32,000 nt of DNA from positions 3,510,001 to 3,542,000 of the forward strand of contig NC_017039.1 of NCBI RefSeq assembly GCF_000284455.1, read 5' to 3'. Each line of letters starts with the position of its first letter. Within the stretch, counting starts at the first letter, position 1. The DNA is from Synechocystis sp. PCC 6803 substr. PCC-P. Its GTDB lineage: Bacteria > Cyanobacteriota > Cyanobacteriia > Cyanobacteriales > Microcystaceae. Shown one piece after another: positions 20,488 to 30,854 of this stretch. The translations under genes were made by a program, and so were the position numbers. The notes beneath the pieces are model-generated. The model was not told the DNA's origin. It saw only the letters and a list, made by a program, of their open reading frames with translations, and did no database searches.

Positions 20488-21690
20488 ATGGGTCGCGCCA
20501 AGAAAGTCGTTCTCGCCTATTCCGGTGGGGTAGATACATCGGTTTGTATTCCCTATTTGATGCACGAATGGGGCGTTGAGGAAGTTATTACCCTCGCGGC
20601 GGATTTGGGCCAGGGGGATGAACTGGGGCCGATCCAGGAAAAAGCCCTGCGGTGTGGTGCGGTAGAATCCTTGGTTATTGACGGCAAGGAAGAATTCGTT
20701 AAGGAGTATGCTTTTCGTTCTATCCAGGCCAATGCTCTCTACGAAAACCGTTATCCCCTCTCCACAGCCCTAGCCCGGCCCTTAATTGCCAAAATGCTGG
20801 TGGAAGCGGCGGAAAAATACGGTGCCGATGCGGTGGCCCATGGTTGTACTGGTAAGGGCAATGACCAAGTGCGGTTCGATATCAGCATTATGGCCCTAAA
20901 CCCCAATTTGAAGGTGTTGGCCCCAGCCCGGGAATGGAAAATGAGCCGGGAAGAAACCATCGCCTATGGGGAACGGTATGGCGTAGAATCCCCCGTGAAA
21001 AAGTCTTCCCCCTACAGCATTGACCGCAACATTCTCGGCCGTAGCATTGAAGCGGGGCCTCTGGAAGACCCCATGACCGAGCCCACGGAAGAAATTTATC
21101 TGATGACCAAGGCGATCGCCGACACCCCAGATGAACCGGAATATGTGGACATCGGCTTTGAAAAAGGTATTCCCGTTAGTTTGAATGGGGTGATGCTAGA
21201 CCCCGTTACCCTGGTGGAACGCCTGAACGAAATTGCGGGGAACCACGGGGTAGGCCGTTTGGATATGGTGGAGAACCGGGTGGTGGGGATTAAATCCCGC
21301 GAGATTTACGAAGCTCCGGCTTTGCTAGTTTTAATTGATGCCCACCGGGATCTGGAAAGTTTGACCCAAACCGCCGATGTTACCCACTATAAAAACACCG
21401 TCGAAGAAATTTATAGTCAGTTAATTTACCGGGGATTATGGTACAGCCCCCTCAAAGAAGCCCTGGATGCTTTTATTGTCAAAACCCAGGAACGGGTTAC
21501 GGGCATGGTGCGGGTGAAATTCTTCAAGGGCAATGCCAACGTTGCCGGTCGTAAATCCGATTACTCCATCTATGATGCGGAATTGGCCACCTACGGCATG
21601 GAAGACCAATTCGACCATAAGGCGGCGGAAGGCTTTATCTATATTTGGGGCTTACCCACCAAAGTTTGGGCCCAGAAAATGCGCGGTTAA
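20488..21690 (+). CDS. argG: Argininosuccinate synthase
   Basis: [56 protein letters not shown]. Confidence 0.97.
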   Translation: MGRAKKVVLAYSGGVDTSVCIPYLMHEWGVEEVITLAADLGQGDELGPIQEKALRCGAVESLVIDGKEEFVKEYAFRSIQANALYENRYPLSTALARPLIAKMLVEAAEKYGADAVAHGCTGKGNDQVRFDISIMALNPNLKVLAPAREWKMSREETIAYGERYGVESPVKKSSPYSIDRNILGRSIEAGPLEDPMTEPTEEIYLMTKAIADTPDEPEYVDIGFEKGIPVSLNGVMLDPVTLVERLNEIAGNHGVGRLDMVENRVVGIKSREIYEAPALLVLIDAHRDLESLTQTADVTHYKNTVEEIYSQLIYRGLWYSPLKEALDAFIVKTQERVTGMVRVKFFKGNANVAGRKSDYSIYDAELATYGMEDQFDHKAAEGFIYIWGLPTKVWAQKMRG

Positions 21691-21889
21691 GTCCTCACTG
21701 CCCTAGTTTTTCCTCCATTACTCGGAAATTCTAGTTCTTTGAACAATTGCCAACTAGTTAGACCCCGATCGCCAGGGATATGAACTTTGGACTGTCGGGG
21801 TTTTTGCTGTGGCTAATATGGTGCAGAAGCTCGGGACTGTGGAACAAATTACGGTTAAAATTTGGACTGTTGCTTTTTCTTTCTTCCCC

Positions 21890-22582
21890 ATGCTGAGACT
21901 GATTACCGACTGTGATGGCCCGATTATGGATGTTTCTGATCGGTACTATCAGGTCTATCAGTACTGTCTTGAGCAGGTTAAATTGCCTGGACAAGATCTT
22001 AATGTATTGAGTAAAGCAGAATTTTGGCAAAGGAAACGGAGTAAGGTGCCCAAGGCACAGATTGGTCTGGACTCTGGCTTAACTAAGGAGCAAACGGAAG
22101 AATTTGTCGCTATCCGCAATCGCACCGTCCATAGCCAGCCCTATTTACCCTATGACCAGCCCCTGGCTGGAGTGGAGGAAATATTACAGGACATCAAAGA
22201 CCGAGGCATTGATCTGGTGCTAATGACCATGCGGCGGGAAAGTGAACTGCAAGAAGCCCTAGACCGCAATCACTTTAACCATTTTTTTCCCATTGATCGC
22301 CGTTATTGTTTGGCTAATGATTATGTCAAAACCGGCGACACTAACGATAAACCCCGGTTGATGGAACGGGCCCTAGCGGAATTACCTCCGGCGGATAGTG
22401 TGTGGATGGTGGGGGACACCGAAGCGGATATTTTGGCGGCCCAGCGGGGCAATCTGCCGGCGATCGCTGTTTTGTCTGGCATTCGTAACCGGGAACAATT
22501 GGAACGTTATCAACCGGATTTTATTGTGGACAATTTAGCCGAAGCAGTGAATTTGTTTTACCAACACCATGGGGTTGAATAG
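21890..22582 (+). CDS. HAD-superfamily hydrolase (phosphoglycolate-phosphatase-like)
   Basis: Motif I ITDCDGPIMDV, motif II region VLMTMRRES, motif IV MVGDTEADILAAQRG. ATG at 21890 in frame with ORF 21809. Confidence 0.8.
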   Translation: MLRLITDCDGPIMDVSDRYYQVYQYCLEQVKLPGQDLNVLSKAEFWQRKRSKVPKAQIGLDSGLTKEQTEEFVAIRNRTVHSQPYLPYDQPLAGVEEILQDIKDRGIDLVLMTMRRESELQEALDRNHFNHFFPIDRRYCLANDYVKTGDTNDKPRLMERALAELPPADSVWMVGDTEADILAAQRGNLPAIAVLSGIRNREQLERYQPDFIVDNLAEAVNLFYQHHGVE

Positions 22583-22733
22583 GGATTAGTAGCAGTTGAA
22601 TAAGTTTTGTGCCAACCCCTAGAAATCCAGTTCGCAAATCGTCCATACTAAATACTAGGGACTAACTAAGGCCCTGGTGGGGAGTGAAAATCAATAACAC
22701 CAAAGCACCGAGTTGAGATCCTAGGAGCAAAAT

Positions 22734-23066
22734 ATGATTACCGTCGCACGAAAAACTACCATAACCTTAGGGCTAATGGCGATCGCCGTTAGTTCAGTGT
22801 GGCCAGCCCAAGCCCAAATGATGACCGAAGAAAATCTTAATCCCTTGCCCCAATCGGAAGGCAGTGCGGCGGATTTGGCCGGTATTTTGCCCAAGGATAG
22901 TGCCCTTTGGCTGGGAGGCGTGGGGGGAGAAGGGGATATCGATGCCGAGGGAGACTATAGTCCCTACGAAATCCGTTCCGACCAATTTGAAGGACAACTA
23001 ACGGAAATGGAGGAACAGCAGTTACTAGAAAGCTCCCAACTACGCTTGGGTGTTGGCAGATTCTAG
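22734..23066 (+). CDS. Small exported hypothetical protein
   Basis: 110 aa with signal-peptide-like N-terminus (TITLGLMAIAVSSVWPAQAQ) and acidic mature part; no family recognised. Confidence 0.55.
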   Translation: MITVARKTTITLGLMAIAVSSVWPAQAQMMTEENLNPLPQSEGSAADLAGILPKDSALWLGGVGGEGDIDAEGDYSPYEIRSDQFEGQLTEMEEQQLLESSQLRLGVGRF

Positions 23067-23107
23067 CCATTTTTGCAGTGTAGTTCTCTAATCTGTTTCT
23101 CCTTCAC

Positions 23108-24274
23108 TTAATCCGGATACCAAATCGCCTCTACTTGTTTCACCAAATCTTCAGCCCAGGCAGTGGAAGGTTCCGATTCAACATCAGGGTTTAACAAAGT
23201 CACATGGCCCAGCTTCCGACCGGGACGACAGTCTCCTTTGCCGTACCAATGGACGTGGCTATGGGGCAGAGCGGCTAGTTTATCCAACTGTTGCTGATAA
23301 TCCCCTGTAGATACTTCGTAGCCCAATAAATTCACCATCACCGCTTGGCCGCAACGCAAAGCCGATGAACCCAATGTTTGCCCAGTTACCGCCTGCAGTT
23401 GCAGAGCAAATTGGGAAGTGTGGCAAGCATCTAAGCTGAAATGGCCAGAGTTATGGGTGCGGGGGGCCAACTCGTTTACCAGTAACCTTTGCTCCGGGGT
23501 AGGGGTTTGGGTAGATGCTGGTAATAGAAAAAACTCGATCGCCAAAATACCCACGTAATCTAAATGGTTGAGAATGCGACGGCAGTAATCCTGGGCCGTG
23601 GCGGCAATGGCGGCATCAATGGGGGCAGGGGCCACCACCCAACGACAAACCTGGTCAATTTGCTTGGTTTCCACCACTGGGTAAATTTCCATTTCTCCCC
23701 TGGCATTGCGGACACCGATAACGGCCAATTCCCTTTCGTAGGGGACAAAACTCTCCACCATCCAACTACCGGGGGGAGCTTTACTTAAATCTGGTAAATC
23801 CGCTGGGGAATTAATAATTTGGGTTCCTTGGCCATCATAGCCATGGCGACGGGCCTTTAACACCCAGGGAAAATCGGGCAATTGGGCGGGCAACGATTCC
23901 AAAGCCCAAAAATCCGGTACGGGTAAACCGAGGTTTTGCAAAAAATGGCGTTGTTCCCATTTATCCAACAAAGGAGCGAGGGCATCGAGGCGGGGATGAA
24001 AAGTAATTCCTTGTTGGGCTAACTTTTCCAGGCTGGGCAGATCGACAAATTCATTTTCAAAGGTGATCACCCCACAGTGCTCTGCTAACTCCCTAGTTCC
24101 TTCCCCATCGGCGATCGCCGTCAATACCACTTTGTCCGCCAATGCCACGGCCGGATCACTTTCCCCAGGGGTTTGCACTGCAAGTTTTAATCCCAATCGG
24201 GGGGCTTCCTGGGCCATCATCCAGGCCAACTGTCCACCACCAATTACCCCCACTGTGGTTAATTTTGTTTCCAT
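23108..24274 (-). CDS. purK: N5-carboxyaminoimidazole ribonucleotide synthase (PurK)
   Basis: ATP-grasp protein: VGVIGGGQLAWMMAQEAPRLG, WVLKARRHGYDGQGT, NELAPRTHNSGHFSLDAC. Confidence 0.96.
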   Translation of the reverse strand: METKLTTVGVIGGGQLAWMMAQEAPRLGLKLAVQTPGESDPAVALADKVVLTAIADGEGTRELAEHCGVITFENEFVDLPSLEKLAQQGITFHPRLDALAPLLDKWEQRHFLQNLGLPVPDFWALESLPAQLPDFPWVLKARRHGYDGQGTQIINSPADLPDLSKAPPGSWMVESFVPYERELAVIGVRNARGEMEIYPVVETKQIDQVCRWVVAPAPIDAAIAATAQDYCRRILNHLDYVGILAIEFFLLPASTQTPTPEQRLLVNELAPRTHNSGHFSLDACHTSQFALQLQAVTGQTLGSSALRCGQAVMVNLLGYEVSTGDYQQQLDKLAALPHSHVHWYGKGDCRPGRKLGHVTLLNPDVESEPSTAWAEDLVKQVEAIWYPD

Positions 24275-24349
24275 TGAGCTACAGACTACCGCCTAATCAA
24301 TGGCGAAGTTTACAAGTTTACGTTTACGTCCGAAATTTCGCCGAACATC

Positions 24350-24859
24350 CTAGGAACAACCTAAGGATTCCCTCGTACTGATGCCAGTTTTGGGATTCAC
24401 CCCATCCGCCACTTTACAAAGAGCTGCTATCTGTTCCGTGTCCAACACAGCGAGACTAAAATCAGCCCCTTGGATTTTGGCATTTTTAAAAGAAGTCCGG
24501 AGCATAATCGCTTCGGCTAAAATGGCGTTTTCCAAATTAGCCCCATTGAAACTGGTCAAATAGGTCAAACCATTGGTCAAATCCACCCCCTTCAAGTTGG
24601 CATCGGTGAGGTTAGCGCCATTAAACACTGATCCCCGCAAATCCATTGCTTCAAAAATGCTGCTGGTCAAATCCACATTGGTGAACTGGGCGGTGAGCAG
24701 GTCTTGGTCCCGAAAATCCGTTTCCGCCAACACCATATTTTCGAAAGCTGAAGCTCCCCCGGTTACGGAAGAAGAACTAGCGGCGATCGCCGGGGCAGAC
24801 CAAATCAAACAAGCCACGGTGAGCACAACAAGGAAGGACTGACGAAACACTTTCAGCAT
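24350..24859 (-). CDS. Exported pentapeptide-repeat protein
   Basis: Signal peptide ([20 protein letters not shown]) and A(D/N)Lxx repeats: [36 protein letters not shown]. Confidence 0.85.
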   Translation of the reverse strand: MLKVFRQSFLVVLTVACLIWSAPAIAASSSSVTGGASAFENMVLAETDFRDQDLLTAQFTNVDLTSSIFEAMDLRGSVFNGANLTDANLKGVDLTNGLTYLTSFNGANLENAILAEAIMLRTSFKNAKIQGADFSLAVLDTEQIAALCKVADGVNPKTGISTRESLGCS

Positions 24860-25054
24860 TGGGGAAGCGATGACCTGAATTCAATGTGGCATAGACACCA
24901 ACTAGATTATCAGTAATCAAGGCGCGGGCATACCCCCAATGGCAGGGAGAGGTTATGTTCCACTGATTTCCTCGGCGGCAAGAATTGGTAATCGACTCCG
25001 GAAGTAACTCATTCAACCAAAGATTTGTCCGGGTAAATTAAGTCTGACCTTGCT

Positions 25055-25447
25055 ATGATCAGGGATGTCTTTTATCTTCTTTCATTAAATATGTACTATT
25101 TGCCCCAGCCTCCCTATTTTTTAATTGCGGTAGGGCTTTTTGTTGGGATTACCTGTGGCGCGGCCTTTGAAGCCACCTTAAAACAGAAAGTGAAGCTTTG
25201 GTTAAATACCCCCGCCAGCACACTAGCCGACCTGGATTTACAACTACCTTTCATGGGTATTTGTGTAGGGGTTTGTGTATTCCTAGCTTCTGGAGTGCAA
25301 ATTTTTTTGGGTAATGGTTGGATTTCCTACGCCATTTCTTTGCCCATTACCGTTTTTATTGCAGCATTGGTGTGGCGACAATTAGATAGCTTACTAAAAC
25401 AATTAAAAAGCGGTGGATCTGCGGCCATTGATTTAGATATTTTCTAG
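25055..25447 (+). CDS. Small hypothetical membrane protein
   Basis: 130 aa with three hydrophobic segments; no family confidently recognised. In-frame ATG alternatives exist. Confidence 0.55.
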   Translation: MIRDVFYLLSLNMYYLPQPPYFLIAVGLFVGITCGAAFEATLKQKVKLWLNTPASTLADLDLQLPFMGICVGVCVFLASGVQIFLGNGWISYAISLPITVFIAALVWRQLDSLLKQLKSGGSAAIDLDIF

Positions 25448-25476
25448 CTAGTGAGAAGGTTTGCCACAATTTTGTT

Positions 25477-26031
25477 ATGGATGTTATGGATTTACCTGTT
25501 CTCGGCTCCACCCTATTTTTTACTATTTTTTCCCTAATTGGCTTGATATTTTTCATTCGTTCTTCAGTTAAAGACCGGACCCAAAGAATCCGGGCTTGGA
25601 TCGATAACCCCGAAGCGGGCATATTGGATGAAATCAAAACCTATTTCAATAACCGAGCCTACCGCATTACCAACATTGACCCAGTCCAACAGGCAATCAC
25701 CTTTGAAGGTAATGTACAAGCTAGCCCCTTTCTGGCAGTATTTTTGAGTCTGTTAGCTGCCCTAGGACTGCTCTGTTTAGCCTTGGTGTTAGCGGTATTT
25801 TGGCCCCAACGGGGTTTTCTATTTTTCTTCCTACTGTGGTTAGCGCCCTTAGCGGGAACTTTCTATTGGCAAAAAGCGGCCAGGGTAGAAGCAATTACAT
25901 TGGAAGTGGGAGATCCGGATCAACCTTCCCATCCAGGACAATATCCCCTAACTATCACCGCCCATCGGGACGAGTTGCGGGAACTGCAAGCTCAATTTCC
26001 TTTGGATTGGCAAGGGGGAAGTTCCCATTAA
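25477..26031 (+). CDS. Hypothetical membrane protein
   Basis: 184 aa; N-terminal TM (STLFFTIFSLIGLIFFI) and a hairpin of two TMs (LAVFLSLLAALGLLCLALVLAVFW...FLFFFLLWLAPLAGTFYW). Confidence 0.6.
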   Translation: MDVMDLPVLGSTLFFTIFSLIGLIFFIRSSVKDRTQRIRAWIDNPEAGILDEIKTYFNNRAYRITNIDPVQQAITFEGNVQASPFLAVFLSLLAALGLLCLALVLAVFWPQRGFLFFFLLWLAPLAGTFYWQKAARVEAITLEVGDPDQPSHPGQYPLTITAHRDELRELQAQFPLDWQGGSSH

Positions 26032-26139
26032 TATCAGCGATATTTAGCGATATTTTGGGAGATTTTTCCAATATTACCTGGTTATTCTTTCAATATTTGT
26101 TCCATTAACGTTGCTTGCTAACAACTAAATTTCAAATCC

Positions 26140-26856
26140 ATGGGCTTAGCCGTTGACAGTAATTTAATTGGTAAAATTTTGGCCCCTGCCCTGAGGCTCT
26201 GGCTCCGCTCCCAGGTGGAAACAGTGGAGAGTTTGGAACTGGAAATTGATGGCAAAGACCGACAAATTTTACGGGGCTATGTGCCTAGGGTTGCCCTTAG
26301 TAGTGACAGGGCCATTTACCAAGGTCTACAACTAGGACGGGTGTTACTGCGGGGAGAAAATATCCGCATTAACATTGGCCAGGTAATCAAAGGCAAACCC
26401 CTAAAACTATTGGAGCCAATTCGGGTTAGCGGAGAGTTACAAATTTCCCAAAGCCATCTGCAAGCATCCCTAGCTTCTAATTTACTTGCCAGTGCTTTTG
26501 AGGAACTATTAGTAGCTTTGTTGGCAGAACAGGGAGTGGAAAATCCCCAGGGCAAGTTGAAGAATTACACTTTCCATTGGCAGGCGATCGCCTTAGAGCA
26601 TCAATCTTTTCAGCTCAAAGGTGAAGTGCAAGACCCCCAGGGTCAAAGCCATGAGCTTTTGGTGCAGGCCCGTCTACAGTTGGCCAGCTCCAAAACCCTA
26701 CATCTAGAAGACATTACCCTACTAGGATTACCGGCGATCGCCAACCGAAAGTTAGAGCGTTTGACCGTTGACCTAGGGGAAGACGTGGACCTTGAATCCC
26801 TCGATCTAAACAATGGCGAGCTTTTCTGCCTTGGGCGGGTATTAGTCCGCCCTTGA
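26140..26856 (+). CDS. DUF2993/LmeA-like phospholipid-binding-type protein
   Basis: ISKVLAP-like N-terminus (NLIGKILAPALRLWLRSQVETVESLELEIDGKDRQILRGYVPRVALSSDRAIYQGLQLGRVLLRGENIRINIGQV). Confidence 0.7.
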   Translation: MGLAVDSNLIGKILAPALRLWLRSQVETVESLELEIDGKDRQILRGYVPRVALSSDRAIYQGLQLGRVLLRGENIRINIGQVIKGKPLKLLEPIRVSGELQISQSHLQASLASNLLASAFEELLVALLAEQGVENPQGKLKNYTFHWQAIALEHQSFQLKGEVQDPQGQSHELLVQARLQLASSKTLHLEDITLLGLPAIANRKLERLTVDLGEDVDLESLDLNNGELFCLGRVLVRP

Positions 26857-26969
26857 ACCTTGGCAATCCGTCGGTAAAGTTGTCATTTACCCCCTAAATT
26901 CCCCAACATTTGGTGATTTGTATTTAGTTTCTCCAAACTTAGGGAACCAAGGGGCGTTCAAACAATTTA

Positions 26970-27908
26970 TTAAACGTTGGAATAAACGCTGTTTCTCAAG
27001 ATAGTGTAACCCTTGATTAACTCTTGAATACCCCGTCCCAAAGACCAGTCGGGAGTAAAGCCAGTGCTCAAAATTCTTTGGTTAGAAACAATGTAATCCC
27101 GCTTATCCGGATCCTCCCCGATGGGCGCTTCTAGATACACAAAATTGGGCAGATATTTACGGATTTCTGCACAAAGTTCCAGTTTGGATAAATTAGCATC
27201 CTCTAAGCCAACGTTATAGGGCTTACCCTTCATGGATTCAAAATTTTCCAAGCCATGGAGAAACACCTTGGCCACATCCCGGATATGAATATAATTGCGT
27301 TTAAAATGACCTTCAAAAATAACCACCGCCCGGTCATAAAAAGCACGGTAGACAAAGTCATTGACCAACAAATCCACCCGCATCCGGGGAGCCATACCAA
27401 ATACTGTCGCCAGGCGAAAAGTCATACTGTTATCCCGGGCTAACACCGCTTTTTCCGCTTCCACCTTAGTTACTCCATAGAGGGAAATGGGTCGCAGGGG
27501 ACTTTCTTCGGTACAAAATTTACCCTTTTCCCCAATGCCATAGCCACTATTGGTAACTGGCATCAAAATCCGCTGTTGGGGGCTGGCTAGTTGACAGATC
27601 ATTTCCACCGCCGTCTGGTTAGTGGTTTTAGTGCCAATTTGATCGCGACTGCACAGGGGAGCTCCCACTAGGGCCGCCAGGGGAATTATGACATCGGCGG
27701 TTTTTAGCTGTTCTTTAATCAGGTCTTCCTTGCGGCAATCCCCCCGGATAACGTTAAAAGTTTCATACTGACAGCATTCCGCCAAGCTATTTTGCTGGAA
27801 CATGAAGTTGTCTATCACCGTTACCTGGTATCCCGCCGCCAGCAAAGTGGGGGTCAGGACAGAACCAATGTAGCCACCGCCACCGGTAATCAAAATTTTC
27901 ATAATCAC
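26970..27908 (-). CDS. NAD-dependent epimerase/dehydratase (sugar nucleotide type)
   Basis: ILITGGGGYIGSVLTPTLL Rossmann motif, YGVTKVEAEKA catalytic YxxxK, RLATVFG. Confidence 0.9.
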   Translation of the reverse strand: MIMKILITGGGGYIGSVLTPTLLAAGYQVTVIDNFMFQQNSLAECCQYETFNVIRGDCRKEDLIKEQLKTADVIIPLAALVGAPLCSRDQIGTKTTNQTAVEMICQLASPQQRILMPVTNSGYGIGEKGKFCTEESPLRPISLYGVTKVEAEKAVLARDNSMTFRLATVFGMAPRMRVDLLVNDFVYRAFYDRAVVIFEGHFKRNYIHIRDVAKVFLHGLENFESMKGKPYNVGLEDANLSKLELCAEIRKYLPNFVYLEAPIGEDPDKRDYIVSNQRILSTGFTPDWSLGRGIQELIKGYTILRNSVYSNV

Positions 27909-27987
27909 TCCTCCATGTTCTCTTTAACTATTTTTGAGCAAAAAATATCCGTTCCCAGTAAAGCAAAAAAAGGGCAACTTGCCAGAA

Positions 27988-28752
27988 TTATTGGGGAATG
28001 GTGAGAGCATCGTGGCGTTTGACCTCCTCCAGGTATTGCCCGATCGCCTCGGAGGTTTTGCCCATATAACGCACCACCCCCCGGTCTAACCAGATAGTGG
28101 TGGGACAGGCATCTTGAATAAAGCCCAGGCTATGGGAAACCACGAGAATCGTCGTATTGTGTCCCCAGAGCTTATCCATTCGGGCTTGGGATTTGTGCTT
28201 GAAACTTTCATCCCCCACAGATAAAACTTCATCCAAAATTAGAATATCCGGTTCCACATCGGTGGCAATGGCAAAACCCAACCGGGCTGACATCCCCGAA
28301 GAAAGGGACTTCACCGGCATATCCCCCAACGTTTGTAACTCAGCAAAATCCAGGATAGAATCCACCCGCTCCAACATTTCCTGGCGGGAAAATCCCAACA
28401 TCACACCGTAGAGAATAATATTATCCCGCACACACAAATCCGGGTCAAAGCCAGCCCCCAGCTCGATCAATGGTGCTATTTCCCCCCTCACCCGCAAACT
28501 CCCAGCAGAGGGTTCCAAAATACCGCAAATTACCTTGAGCAGGGTGGATTTCCCCGAACCATTGGAACCAATAATGCCAACTTTCTCCCCCGTCACCACC
28601 GTAAAATCTATATTGTCTAGGATTAGCTTACGGGAGGGCTTACGATACTTACCCTCAATGAAAGATAGTACGGTGCGCTTCAGGTCGTAGGAAAATTCCT
28701 CCTGGGTTCGACGGTACAAAGAAACTTTATCAAGACGAATAACTTCAGACAT
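27988..28752 (-). CDS. ABC transporter ATP-binding protein, polysaccharide/O-antigen export type (Wzt/KpsT-like)
   Basis: Walker A GSNGSGKSTLL, signature LSSGMSARLGFAIA, Walker B PDILILDEVLSVGD. Confidence 0.92.
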   Translation of the reverse strand: MSEVIRLDKVSLYRRTQEEFSYDLKRTVLSFIEGKYRKPSRKLILDNIDFTVVTGEKVGIIGSNGSGKSTLLKVICGILEPSAGSLRVRGEIAPLIELGAGFDPDLCVRDNIILYGVMLGFSRQEMLERVDSILDFAELQTLGDMPVKSLSSGMSARLGFAIATDVEPDILILDEVLSVGDESFKHKSQARMDKLWGHNTTILVVSHSLGFIQDACPTTIWLDRGVVRYMGKTSEAIGQYLEEVKRHDALTIPQ

Positions 28753-28764
28753 CTAAAATTAGCT

Positions 28765-29580
28765 TTACAACAGATCCATGAAATTCTTTTGCCAGGAGCG
28801 AAAGCACAACCAACCCAGGGCCAATAAAATTAAACCATTTAATAGTCCATGAACAATCAAACCAGACTCGGGCAAATCCCCCGACAGGGAAATTTGACGA
28901 ATACTGTCAATGATCGGTAACAGGGGGTTGATGACCAAAAAGCGGCGCACTTGTTCCGGCACAATTTCGGATGGATAGAAAATGGGAGAACCGATCCAGA
29001 GCATGAAGGTTACTAGCTCATAGAAGTAGGGCAAATCCCGGAAAAATACGTAAAGGGCACTGACAAAAAAGCCTACCCCGGTGCACACTAGGCTCAGAGC
29101 CAACAAAGGAAAGAAAAGAGAAATGGCGTTAACAAACCACCAACCAGATTCCCAAGACTTATAAATGGTGACGATCGCCAATAGGGGTAATGGCCCCACC
29201 ACAAATTGGAACACGTTGGCGACGATCATGGAGAGGGGAAAGACACTGATGGGGAGCTTGATTTTATTCATGAGTCCCCCGCTGGCCACCACACTCGATA
29301 AAGCTTGGCTAGTGGAAGCAGAAAAAAAGTTAATCACTAACAGCCCCGTAAAGGCCGCCAGCACATAGTTCAGGGCAGACCCATAGAAGGAGGCAAAGGC
29401 CGCTCCGAAAATAGCCGCATAAATCCCTGTCATAATCAAAGGGTTTAGCAACGACCAGTAAACCCCCAAAAAGGAACCCCGGTAACGGCCTTTCAGGTTG
29501 CGCTCCACTAATATCTGTAAAAGTTCCAAGTAGCGCTGAATCGGGGACCAGTTCACCCTTGTCGGTAGCGAAAGAGCCAT
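28765..29580 (-). CDS. ABC-2 transporter permease, polysaccharide/O-antigen export type (Wzm/KpsM-like)
   Basis: LVERNLKGRYRGSFLGVYWSLLNPLIMTGIYA and multiple TM segments. ATG at 29580 (MALSLPTRVNW) gives 271 aa; the upstream-extended ORF start at 29667 seems less likely. Confidence 0.9.
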   Translation of the reverse strand: MALSLPTRVNWSPIQRYLELLQILVERNLKGRYRGSFLGVYWSLLNPLIMTGIYAAIFGAAFASFYGSALNYVLAAFTGLLVINFFSASTSQALSSVVASGGLMNKIKLPISVFPLSMIVANVFQFVVGPLPLLAIVTIYKSWESGWWFVNAISLFFPLLALSLVCTGVGFFVSALYVFFRDLPYFYELVTFMLWIGSPIFYPSEIVPEQVRRFLVINPLLPIIDSIRQISLSGDLPESGLIVHGLLNGLILLALGWLCFRSWQKNFMDLL

Positions 29581-29786
29581 AAAAAATTCTAAAAGATTGC
29601 GGGGCGGCGCCGAGCTAAACAAGAATTGTATAGAGTTGTGTGACCTTTGTCGAGATGACAAGAACAAGAAAACTATGTAAGAGGGACTTTAGTAGTCCAC
29701 CTAAATTACTCTTGGTTGATCAAGACTGCCCAAAGAAACTGGGTTAGAATAGGTCGGTTCACAATTTTCCTTACTGCCCAAATTCC

Positions 29787-30854
29787 ATGGTTGTCAGCAC
29801 CGTTAATCCCACAGCGCCCATGCCTGTGACCCCCATTTTTAACCCCACTGGCAACGATTCCGTCGAGAACCGCACCATTTGGTTTGGCAACACTACCAAC
29901 TTGATGCAGTTGAATGATGTCCGCTACAACTGGGCAGTGGGATTGTATCAACAAATGCGGGAGAACTTTTGGATTCCCCAGCGCTTAGACATTACCCAGG
30001 ATGTCACCGATTACTGGAATTTAACCAACGAAGAGCGTTATGCCTTTGATGGTATTTTGTCCTATTTAACCTTTCTTGATTCTGTTCAAACCTGTAACAT
30101 TCCCCATTTAAAAAGTAGCGTTACCGCGCCGGAAATTAGCCTGTGTATGGCGGAGCAAATTTCCCAGGAGGGTATGCATAACCAAAGCTACCAGTACATG
30201 ATCGAGACGATTATTCCCACGGAAAAGCGGGATAAGGTGTACGAATTTTGGCGCACAGACCGGGTGTTAAAGGAACGGTGCGAGTACATTGCCATGCTCT
30301 ACCAAAAATATGTCGATCATCCCACCCAGGAGAATTATTTTATTGCCTTGATGGCGGACTATTTGCTGGAAGGATTATATTTTTACAACGGTTTTATTTA
30401 CTTCTATAACCTTGCTTCTCGTATGTTGATGCCGGGTTCTGCGGACATTTTTAAGATGATCAACCGGGATGAGTTGAGTCACGTGCGGCTATACCAAAAG
30501 CTAATTCCCGAAGCCATGCAGGTCTTCACCCACTCCACGGATCAGATTTATGAAATGTTTGATAAGGCGGTGGAGTTTGAATGTCGCTGGACTAACCACA
30601 TTGTCGGTAATAATATTCTCGGTATTACGGAATCTAGTACGGAACAGTACACTAAGTATCTTGCTAATAGTCGTCTACGGGCGATCGGTTTAGATCCCCT
30701 TTACACGGATGCTCGCTACGGGAAAAGTCCCTACACCCACTTGGAGCGTTTTTCCGACACGAAAAAAGAGGCTCACACTAAGGCGAATTTCTTTGAAGCA
30801 ACGGTGACTAGTTATGTGATGTCTTCTGGGGTATCCGGTTGGGACGAAATTTAG
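29787..30854 (+). CDS. nrdB: Ribonucleoside-diphosphate reductase beta subunit (class I)
   Basis: Helices with metal ligands and putative radical Tyr: SYLTFLDSVQ, QEGMHNQSYQYMIE, DELSHVRLYQ; Ferritin-like R2 fold. Confidence 0.95.
   Translation: MVVSTVNPTAPMPVTPIFNPTGNDSVENRTIWFGNTTNLMQLNDVRYNWAVGLYQQMRENFWIPQRLDITQDVTDYWNLTNEERYAFDGILSYLTFLDSVQTCNIPHLKSSVTAPEISLCMAEQISQEGMHNQSYQYMIETIIPTEKRDKVYEFWRTDRVLKERCEYIAMLYQKYVDHPTQENYFIALMADYLLEGLYFYNGFIYFYNLASRMLMPGSADIFKMINRDELSHVRLYQKLIPEAMQVFTHSTDQIYEMFDKAVEFECRWTNHIVGNNILGITESSTEQYTKYLANSRLRAIGLDPLYTDARYGKSPYTHLERFSDTKKEAHTKANFFEATVTSYVMSSGVSGWDEI

Noticed and set aside
29581-29667. 29-aa N-terminal extension of the ABC-2 permease ORF
   Set aside because: The extension does not look like a domain or signal. 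ATG at 29580 gives a normal-length family member.
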